A DNA stretch of 59,000 nucleotides, counting the filler, from Sphacelaria rigidula (taxonomy: Eukaryota), in NCBI GenBank assembly GCA_964200075.2. It is 5 parts of 5 records of this genome, joined end to end, with 100 filler letters (N's around TTAATTAATTAA, not from the genome) between each part and the next. Parts side by side here need not be neighbours in the genome. Positions count along the whole stretch, not along the records: positions 47,283 to 59,000 come from CAXNAA020004594.1; 4 more parts are not named here. The stretch is one strand, 5' to 3'. The notes beneath the pieces were generated by a model, which did not search any database, was not told the DNA's origin, and saw only the letters and a list, made by a program, of their open reading frames with translations. How positions within the stretch are numbered: position 1 is the first letter of the stretch; the number at the start of each line of letters is the position of its first letter. The position numbers were made by a program, and so were the translations under genes. Shown piece after piece: positions 48,760 through 59,000 of this stretch.

Positions 48760-49054
48760 GAGCAGTGCTACGGTAGGGGTGTACTCTTTGATCATGCATG
48801 CCATAGTCCGGTAGCTACGGTAGGGGTGCACTTTATGCGCAAAATCTTGTCTAGTTCAGGGGCTCTCCAGATGGGCAAGAACATGGGTCAGGGCATCCCC
48901 GTTTGCAAATTCATTCGGGAAATCCCCAGCACATTGGAATAGTAACCCTGGCGTACTCTCACTAATTTCATGAGTCTTGTTTTGGATCAAGCAAAGGGCT
49001 CCTGAAAATTTCTATCCTCAGAAAGTATTTTTGCACCCTCCCGTAGCATTACTC
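48760..49054. mobile_element. Second, inverted copy of the 4-bp-TSD MITE
   Basis: GAGCAGTGCTACGGTAGGGGTG ... GCACCCTCCCGTAGCATTACTC, flanked by TGAA on both sides. The interior (GGGTCAGGGCATCCCCGTTTGCA, CTGGCGTACTCTCAC) is the reverse complement of 20156-20412. Confidence 0.85.
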
Positions 49055-50439
49055 TGAAAGTACGAGGAAACGACCGATGTTTTCAAGGTTGCGTCCTGCA
49101 GAGAATGCCCGGAAGTCGGTAGTGTTTTGGTTAGCATACTCACTTGACCGTACCGAAATATGTGTCGAACATCCCGGTATGGTTCGATAAGGTGTCGAGC
49201 CCTGTTCCGAGCACTCCGTTGTGGCCCGGGAAGGGTATTTGCCGATAGAATACCTCTAGTATCAATTTATATATTGATTGATTATCACACTTTAACTAAC
49301 CCCTCAGGGATCCGGCCGTGCTCATATAATAGACGTACGCAAGAAAAAACAAAACTGAAAACACTCGCTGAAGATAAAGGAGAAACACAAAAAGTCCAAC
49401 ACATAATTACATAGTAGACTAACACGTGAAAAAAAAATGAATAAAAGTCAACAGAAGCAAAGCACCGAAAGAAATGGCCGATCCAAAAAAGCAAAATTAT
49501 ACTTCTGGAAATACCCGAATTTCAGCCGTTATTCCCCTGCGGAACACAACATTGGATGTCTTATATAGGGCGGGCACATCAGCGGTAATCCAGCCGGAAG
49601 TTTTGAGATTTTCGAGTCCAAGTTACAGTGCGACAATCAAAACCAATCATCAAAATACATTAAAAAAACTTTGGAAACTTCGAGCCCAAATATTGACAGA
49701 TGGCGCATAAGAGTATATAAACAACATTTCGCTCGAGTCGTATTTGGGGCGAGGTTGCATAGAGTGGCTTCATAGTTTTGTTTACTTTTCCTGTCCTATT
49801 CGGGCCTGGCCTGTGTTGTTCGTTACGATTCCCTTGCTGTAGGCTCGTCCTTTGTTGGTCCCGTCACCCTTTGGCCCTTGTCGCGTCGTCCTGTCGTGTC
49901 TTGTCTTGCCTTGCCTACTGACTTGTTCTGTATGGCGAATTCGGCGCGTTCCCTACTTCGACCGTTTTTTGTTTCCTAGGGTCCGTGTTCCATTCAACCG
50001 ACGATTTTTGCTCATTTTTTAATTTGTTCTTTCGAAGCACACACATATTTTTTGTGCAGTTTCTTTTTTTCGCTGACATGTGTCTAGTGTGGGTAGAAAC
50101 CCCGCCCTTTGGGGCGCCGTGTTCCCTGTTCGTGGGCGCATAGTAATATATACATATACATTTTCCTTGTATTTTGTATATTTTTGCCACGACTTTGTGA
50201 CCGCGGGCGCTAGATTATGGAAAAGGGCCAATGTGAGAAAAATATAACAGCAATAACGGCAGCGACGACGACGACGACGACGACAAGTGGTGCGGGGGAC
50301 AAAAAGGCACCCGTCACCTGGCGATAGTTTATATCTTGAATTCAGGGGTGATAGTCACCGTTTTGTTCTATAACGTGCGAATGCCGAAGCATTTGGATGA
50401 TATGAAAGTGTTTTTGGGATACTTGACGGAAGAAAACAA

Positions 50440-52110
50440 TGAAAACACAGATTCCCTGGGATATAATCAACGCATCCCTCGCACGACACGATCATATGGA
50501 GGGTATCTACCGTTTTGGGTTGTTCTGGACCGAAACTCACGAATGCATCGATAAAGCGTGTTAACAATTGTGTATTTATCCACAATCTCCCGTTTCTCCC
50601 CGCCTGGGGATGAAATCTTTCTACCCCCTTCCCAAACTCTGTGGGGGTGTTATCCAAAGTTTTCGCTTGTTACATAAGCACCAACACACGAATGGCGATT
50701 CCACTGAATAGCAGGGAGGCATCGTTAGAACGCATGTGTCGCATCGTGTTCCTGTATGACCCCTCCCTCCCTCCCTCCATCTCCCTTCTGGTGTGTTGTG
50801 TGTTGTCGCCCCATAAATTCTGAACGCCGGTCTACACTTTCCGGTATATGTGGGCGCACCAGCCGGGGTCACACAAGAGGAAGGTCAACACAGGAGGTTT
50901 TTCTTTTTTAATTGTTTTTGGTACCCCGCCTCCCTTCTGCGGTGCTTGACTTTTTAATTTTTTATCGCGAGAGGGGTTCAGCAGTTCCTCTCCCTCGTCG
51001 ATGGTTAAGTCGAATTTTGTGTACTCACGACATTGTCGCTCTCCACTGTTGGGCATGGTGTGAGAAAAAATCGAAGATCGCTCCGAGAATTGAACCCACG
51101 ACCCAACTGTCAGAGGGTTTCGAGGTTACCAACTGAGCCACCGGGGCGACGAGTTTTAGGGGATGAAATCAACGCATCCCTTCCATGAACATAATCAGCA
51201 GGAAGGGGGTGTTATCCGATGTTTCAGCAATTTGCGGCCGGACAACGATGAGTCTGAACACGTGATCGTTGGCAATAGAAAGCCTACAACCTATCCCAAG
51301 TAGTGATATATTTCAATTTTCTTTACAAGACCACAGACAGTCCGGGTAAGATACTATTACATCTCCTCCCCACGTACGTGCAGGGGTCATGATGCACTGT
51401 CAGGGCCTGTTACATACGAATGGTGATGCCCTGAACACGGGGGAGGCATCATTCGAACGCACTTACCCCACCCTACTGCTTTATACTCTCACCCCCCCCC
51501 CCCCCCCCCCCCCCGACCCCCCTTCCCTCCACCCCGCAAATAGACCCTTCCATCGCCTCCGCCACACNNNNNNNNNNCCTCGACCAGGGCTGGCCCCCAC
51601 CCCCCCCCCCCCCCCCCCCCCCCTCTTTTTTTTCTCCCCCCCCCCCCCCCCCCCCCCCCGGGCGCTCCTCCTCCCCGTGGATAAAATCAACGCATTCCCC
51701 AGCCAGATACTCTCAGCGGGAAGCCGAATACTCTTAGCGGGAAGGGGGTGTTATCCGACGTGTGAACCATTTGTGGCCAGATAATAAGGAATCTTGAGAC
51801 TTGACCGCGGTTTCAATAAAGAAAGACTGCGATCTATCCCAATTAATTAAAAATTCCGCCTTTCTCAACGGGACCACGGATACCCCGGGGTAGATATATT
51901 GTTCCATACCCTCCCTGCGTACGTCGTGCTGGAATCATACTCGACCGTTGGGGCCTGCTGAATACGAACGGGGATGCCCCTGAACACGCGAGTGATCACT
52001 AGAACGTATGTACCCTACGTGCTGATCCGGGACCATGCTTCTCCCCCTACCCGACGATGAGACGAGCAAATCTTCTCCCCAAACACCCTCATCTGGGGGG
52101 TGTTATTTGA
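50440..52110. repeat. Degenerate tandem repeat of several-hundred-bp units, interrupted by a SINE
   Basis: Recurring AATCAACGCAT.CC (50466, 51167, 51685), GGGGGTGTTATCC (50644, 51205, 51744) and GATGCCC(C)TGAACACG (51425, 51973). Confidence 0.6.
50790..51150 (-). mobile_element. Apparently full-length ~360-bp tRNA-derived SINE
   Basis: The minus strand starts GTCGCCCCGGTGGCTCAGTTGGTAACCTCG..GGTTCAATTC (A and B boxes), continues through the body shared with 2690-2948 and 19717-19815, and ends in a CAACACACAACAC tail. Confidence 0.8.
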
Positions 52111-55100
52111 CGTTTTGGCCGTTGGCGGGCGGTCTACATGATCCTTCTGGATGAATGAGAGGTATCGTGAAAAATCGACACCCTCATCATCATGTACCCC
52201 TAGGGTAGTCAGGAGCATCACCGTTCGTTTGCGGCAGGAAAAAACGGTGGATGGCACCCCTGGCTCAGCTACTTTCCTATCCCTGAAAAACCATGGGGCT
52301 AACTAACCTGCACATACATGAGGCATCACCGATGCAATTCAAGCGTTTTCTACATGATCGTCGTACGTGCCACGCATTTTTTTCCATTTTAAAGTCTTGA
52401 ATGCACTGAAATAGCCCAAACGAAAGCGGGGGAACATCACTGTATAGCCCCCAATGTTCAAAATTCAAATGAGTTGGTCAGGACCCATCGGTCCGTGTAT
52501 GTGCTGAAGCTTCACTTGGCTTTGGCATACCGTGACTTGACCCGAATATAACAATTAATTGTCATGTCTACCGAACTCAATAGCGCAGATGCGATTTCCG
52601 GGTTGCCATTTTTTATGGCGTATCGTCTATATGGTGAATAACCCGACCTAGCAATCTCGAGTGTATATTGGCCTTTTTCCAGCGGAAGAAGGTACAAAAT
52701 CGCAAAAAAGGACTTCGGATTCGGCGTCTCCACCATTATCGCCCCAAGGAAGCTGTACCTGTTTCTCTGTAAAAGTCAGAATTGGGCTCGCGAGACTTCG
52801 GTCTAGATTACCGCGAAAGTTTCCCACATTGTGGCGGTGTGACATGATGCGGGTACATCCGTATTGCCAAAACTGCTGCAAGACCGTCTCGCCCGTAGGA
52901 GGGTAGACATCTCTTTATGTCCATCAGCCTGTCATTATTTTTGCCTACTCGAAACAAAGCAGGGGCAGAAGTGGTGGGCGTGGTTTGCACGTGGGGACCG
53001 CGGAGAAACCCACGCAAAATTCCGGACCGAAAATGTTCCGAAATGTATGACATGCGTGGACAAGGACATCAGCAAAGTACAGGACAGCTGTAGTATAGTA
53101 CAGTACAATGAAACTGATATCCAGCAGATACCTGGCACGCATACAACAAAGGCAAGGTATATCAACCATTAGCTACAGTACGCTGATGTACTCACCCACA
53201 GGTTGTCGTAACCACACAAGGGGATATTTTCACACCAGAGAAAAGTAGGATACGGCCTACATATTTACCTACTGTCATTATTAATATGACAGCATCACAC
53301 ACATCAGTTATTATTTACTTTCAGTTCAGCTCCCGCTGGACCCAGGCAGGGCCAGGAACAAGGGTGAGGTGCTACGTGCAAGGTAATCTTGTAGAGCTAG
53401 GCTTTGCAGCGCACCTCAACACCCTCGGGGCGGTACACATCAAAGCGTCGCTTCTACTATCGCTGCCGCTGGTGTTGCCTCTACCGCTACTGGCCTGATT
53501 TTGGTGGAAGCAACAGGCTTGAATCCACGTTGTCGTGAAGCTGGCCCTGCCATGAAGGTGTACGTTACGTCAAGCGTGGCAATGGCCACCCTCGGGACCA
53601 TGACCAGCCCCTCTACGGGGTTTGTCGTGCTTCCTGGCACCTCGCGGACGGCAGGCAGCAATGGCATACGGGGGACTCCTTCCACGGGCTTGACGTATAG
53701 GGCTTCTCCTTTGACATCTACGAGGCGAGGAGGAAGGTGTGTTTGAAAACCCTGGATGTGTTGTTCGTGCGGTGCATGCGTGTGCCACGCGTAGGTGTTA
53801 CGTGAAGTTGTGGCCCCAGGCAGTTGATGGAGTTCGGCCCAGGGGGAAGGTGGGGGGAGGAGGGGTGGAGGCGGCAAGGATTGTGATGGTTGGAATGGTA
53901 GGGGTTGGATTGAGATTGTATTTGGATGTATTCGTTGTTTTTCGTGTGTGTGTTCGGCCTCTTGCCTTGCAGTGTTTTGTTGCCGTTGTCCGTGTATGTG
54001 CGCAAAATGTAGGGGTGGTGGTGTCCTACATGTTGCCCGCGCCCCTGCTGTGTCCGAATGATGTTGACGCCACTTGCGTGTCGCGGACCATCGAATGTTT
54101 CAACCCATCGCCACGTGACTCCAGCCGAAAGCGCAAGACGTGGTTTTATTAGTAAAGTCATCTCCGGGCGAAGAGCGCATAGCTCTAGCTCTATCGTACT
54201 ACCACCTGAACGCATGTATCCGCATATGATACTGCACGGTAAGGACTGCAACTGTCTGTACTGTTGTTGTACTGTAAACACTACCAAAGGTACAGTACCT
54301 ACTACAACACGCTACAGCAAGGCAGCAGTTTTTTCTCCCCTTATTGCCGTCACACCGCTATTTCGTGTTCGCTACGTGAGACAAACTTCAAAACTTCGTA
54401 CCATACTTGGACGGCAATCCTGAGGGCGTGCTAACACAGAACATGTTGTCTATCATGTGTTTTTCTGGCAGCCCTATTGCCATATTATTCCCCAGACCCA
54501 CCCGTCGGCAGCATACATGCGCAAGTACGATGGCTCTACACGAAGCTGTTGAACACACAATACCGTAACTGCGCCCTCCGGTACCGCACTGCTCTGTGCT
54601 ACCGTGGTACTACCAAGAGCACGACTTGCCCACGCCATCACGCAGTGCATTTTGCATATGCACATAGGTACAACGTACTGAGTACTGGTGCCAAAAGCAC
54701 GCCCTCTCCGGAGACTGGCTTCCGTTGCTCTGTGCTCGAAATGCCGGCTCATGCATAGACTTCGCCGCGTATCCACATCGTCTTTTCCGCTTGCGGGTAG
54801 CATGGCGCTCATGAGCTTCTATTTAGTGGCGTTCATGTGCTGCTGGGTTTGGGCTGTCTGTCCCATCAGGCACGTTACGGTCTGTGACCGCACTGTACTG
54901 CCTCCTGTGTTGCGCTGTTTTCTGGTACACGATGCGGCAGGTACCACCCGTGAAAGATTGGCAGGCCTTGGGATGCGAAGTTTTTGTCATGTTTCCTGCA
55001 GAAGAGCGTTCGTATATGTAACAGTCAAGTCGCGAGTGTTCTCCTTGGCATATGTACATGGGATCAAGATATTCGGGACAACGTACCTTTACTGCACAGT

Positions 55101-55364
55101 ACAGTGTAGAGTGCCGTATATATAACAACTGTTCCGAAACAAACGCCGCCGCCGCCTCACCAATTATTGGCGTTCGGTAACTGTCGATAAGGAGAATAGA
55201 TATTGCTTCGTTGTATTATCATATGCTGGGCAATAAAGAACTGTCTGTATGCGTGCAAGGGTGTTTTTTTGCTTGTGCTCACTGATTGGAACACGATGCT
55301 CTCTCCCCGCTCCTGACGTAAAACTGTCGGCAAATGTGCTTGGTGCCACAGACCTCTGAGATTA

Positions 55365-55488
55365 GCGGCGGGGCTGAGTATGCTGGTGGAGCCGAAGGGC
55401 GAGGACAGTTTCAAGCAGATTGAAGACGAGGTGGAGGGCGATCCCTTGAAAAAGACCGCAGGCAACATGACCCCTGCCGTGGCCAAGG
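55365..55488 (+). CDS. Isolated exon-like segment of unknown function
   Basis: AG/GT-bounded and GC-rich; LSMLVEPKGEDSFKQIEDEVEGDPLKKTAGNMTPAVAK. No intact partner exons found. Confidence 0.25.
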
Positions 55489-58400
55489 TATCTTTGCAGG
55501 ATATAATATTCATTTTGCAAACTGTATCCCCTCGGATTTGTTGCATTAAAATCGTCCCGAAAAAACACCAGGACCACTGCAACCGCGATGTTCACAACAT
55601 GCGAGTACTGTACTTCAATTTTTTCTTAGCAGTGGGTCCAGCGCGTGCAAATACGTTTCTTCATGTCCACTGTACTGTCTGTGTTGACCATTCGAACATA
55701 GCAACTCTTCCCGACGCTAGACGGACGATCTTATGCTGGCAGTCCCGCCAGTATTTGGAGCATGATTCTAAGAAGCGTGGACGGCTTCTGCAATGATTGA
55801 AATTGACGATTATAATAGCAGGAGCAGCGGAAAAATGAAACGCTTCCGCCAATAAATGGCACTTTGCCACGGCTCGAAAGAGGAGCGTGCACGTAGTTTT
55901 TCGCTATGCGCTGTCCTGCTGTGTGTGCTGCCATGTTGGCGTATACTCGACCACATACACGCATTGCGGGTGCGATCACAGCTTTCCTGCTCTGCTGTAC
56001 TGAGACGGCACAGCGCTGCAGGTCGTGGCACATGCACAAATATGTGTGACGCACACTTTATGCATGGCAAAAACCTTTTCCCATGTAGGCGTCGTTGCCG
56101 CGGCCGCTTCTTACGGCAAACAAGAAAAAATCCTGCAATGCTGCCTTTTTGGTCTCTCTGCGTCGTTTTACGCCCCTGAAAGAGGGCTATCGTAGGCGGG
56201 CGTTGACACCGTGGAATCCCTTGCTATACGCGTTGAGATGGTCCCAGGACATCTGTGCGCTTTCCGGTGGCCGCAGTTGATTTTGGCTAAACTCGTATTT
56301 TTTTCCAATTTTTTTGTTTTGTTTTTTCCTAACTTGGCCGTACTTGGATTTAAAAGCAAGCTTGGCCAAATAAAAACTACGGGCACTAAAAATCGCACCG
56401 AACCGTCTGAACGAGTATAGCGAGGCATGCCAATATCTCAACATCCGCCTAGCCCTCTTGTAGGTCATCAAACGATGCAGAAAATACCAAAAGGGAGGTT
56501 GTGCAGGGTTTTTATTTGTTTGTAATAAGCGGTCTAAGGACAACCCACCCGAGTCGATCACAATGACTTGTATGCGCTGTAGAGAGGAAGAAATATCAGC
56601 ACTTGGCTGGCTGACGCTGTGACCATGGGTTGGATATCCACTTTTCAGTATCAACATTATGGGGGTATACATACCCTATTCGACCCGCCCGCGCGAAAAT
56701 CCATGAAGAGGGACATACATCCGCATGTATGGTTTATGAGGGACAGTTTCGTTGGCAGTCAACAAATAAGGGCGCCTGTTTTAAGTTTCCCTCCGAGTCA
56801 TAGGAGTTGATCAAAATGATGTGGACACCAGAGATGAATTTCAAAGTCATTTTCCACGTCGTATCATCCACAAGCCGAAACATATATCATCAGCTACGAG
56901 TGAGAATATATGTATGACCAAAGCCTCCAAATTGGCTGGATTAGGTCGTTCTCTCTAACCTTCGGTGGTGCCTTTTTTGCGCTTGCGGCGAGCAGGGTAC
57001 TACAGGGTGGTTCGGGGTGAATCCAAAAAATTATTCTCCACTAGATACACAACGTAAAACTGACCTGATAGTGACCCCCACGAGCAGGGGAGCAATTTAA
57101 CATGGCTAGATTTGTTTGGGTTCTTCGCCTTGGCGCTGGTGGGGAAAATGTTTCAAAATACCCTAAACTACAAAAAAAAGGATTCCCGATATTTCGTACA
57201 CAATCTCATCACGAATCGCACCTCAGTATCCGCCATCAGCTAGGGACTCTGTCGCAAGAAACAGATTTGAAGGCGGTTTGTGTGGGATCGAGTTGTACAC
57301 TAGAACGTGGTATTTCGGTAATATGAGGTTTTGACGTCTTCGAGTTTCCGCTATTAGTATGTAACGAAAATCCAGAAAGCCTCTTGACATTTTCCCTTGC
57401 AACGTTCGTAGAAGAGCTGCAATCATCCTCCAACTTGGTGGCTCGGTAAATATGGGTGCCGCGAGTCGAAAAGAATACGTTAAAGAATATTCCAAAGTAT
57501 ATCCGCTCTCTACCGCTTTCGGAGGCCCCAGCGTGAAGACTCCCCAGCAGCCGGTATAGATTGCTTCAAAATTGAAGAATCGAATTTGAGTCGTCCGGAG
57601 GTAGTCTCAGGAGCGTTAGAAATGGTTTCGTTACGTAACTCGAAAAGCTGATCCTAATTGGTCGATTAAGCTCGAGTTCATATGAAAAACGTCGGTAGCA
57701 CACCATGAAGAAATGATTGTAGATGTATTCCGCGTACGTTTGTGTACTCCATCGCACATACGGTATATCATTCACGCCGTCTTTTTCGAGTTGAACCCAA
57801 AAGTTTGCACACGGGTGCTCTGAGACATTGATGAGAATATGTGGATGGAGTGTTTCGACCGTTTCTTTTTCTTCGCCAGATATCCGGGGTCCCAGCAGGC
57901 AGTGTATGACAGTCTGAACCAGCTTGTAATAAGATGTCAATTCAACTGGCGTTTGGACCTGTTCGGAACAGTTTTTGCTGCTGGTCCATCAGTCCATCCA
58001 CCCTTATTGGCTGAAACAAGCTTATGTTTGACAAGCTGTTGTTGGTCCGTGCCTACCGCGTCCATTTGGCAGTACAAGCACGTCTACACAATTGATTATT
58101 ATCCAACATCAGTATTACGGGCTGAACCTGCATCTATCGTAGCACAGCACCCTCGATATACTGGGATTATCTACATGTTGCAGGGGTGCTTGTAAAGCTT
58201 TGACCTTGTCGTTCGTTTCTCGATGATGGTGTCCGTCCTCTCCGCCTGTGTGTGACGGGGTTGTTCGTTCTGCCGCGATTGGATGGAATCTTGTACGGCT
58301 TTTAATGCGGTCATCATCCAAAACAGGCGGTGTTGACCGGTGTTATTCCGGTGGCGAGCGCCGTGGGGTACTTGGTTGTACCCAGCTCCAAGATCGCCGT

Positions 58401-59000
58401 TTCAGCTATAGGTGAGGTGTTCCCAGGAGAAACCGGCGTGAAGACATGAATGGATTGATGACTTGTTCGAGGGAGAGGTCAGTTGATTCTCTCACGTCCT
58501 TTTGTCCGCTTGCGAGTCCAGCCGTGTGGTCACAATACACAGATGCAGGGCGATGCCGCGGTGCCCACCCTCTGCCCCCACAAACCAGCTCGGTCCCGGC
58601 TTTGTAGGGATGCGAGGTCAATGGCAAGATCATGAGTACGCTCCACCCCCCCCCCCTGAACCACCTCCAAAACCGTCACAAAGCAGATGGCCGTACAGCG
58701 CATGATCACTGGTTTCAGAGTGCATGAAGCGCCTCATATGGGCAACCTTGCAGATCAGGGTCCCAAGCGAGTATTGTGCTCGGCATATCTCACATTGATT
58801 GTACATGTAGATTTTGCCGCCTCAGACCAGCCACTTTTCTGGGGCATGCTCATTTGTTGCTTCCTTCCGTCCTTGACTGTTGATCACGCATTTTTTCGGG
58901 AAATGAGCAGAAAAGTACGGGGGGGGGGGGCGGTGCTGTGGAGGCCCACATAGACTATAGATAAAAGAAAAAGAACAAAAAAGAAGGGTAAAGGAGAAGA

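Noticed and set aside
52660..53880. Exons of an intact gene
   Set aside because: The candidate frames contain stops or lack compatible splice phases, and no motif is recognised.

Overview
Eukaryotic, intron-rich and repeat-rich DNA. The intron style, LINE tails and TTAGGG units suggest a stramenopile, probably a brown alga (inference). The window is not one locus. It joins five contigs of 11722, 11721, 11720, 11719 and 11718 bp with identical 100-bp spacers (N44-TTAATTAATTAA-N44), so adjacency across spacers means nothing. Contig 1 holds 3' exons of an unknown gene, a TACCC-rich inverted-repeat element, a perfect 50-bp-arm hairpin and a SINE head. Contig 2 holds the last eight exons of a sterol 14-alpha-demethylase (CYP51), with non-autonomous DNA transposons in its introns. 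Contig 3 holds a decayed Copia element without detectable RT and a decayed Ty3/Gypsy element. Contig 4 holds an intact intronless MYND-finger gene with an unusual Cys/His-rich second domain, a MITE and a tyrosine-recombinase fragment. Contig 5 is mostly repeats: LINE 3' ends, a MITE with a 4-bp TSD and a full tRNA-derived SINE. I found no convincing multi-gene novel system. The best leads are the MYND-fusion gene, the hairpin, the C-tract-terminated LINEs and several transposon families I cannot name.
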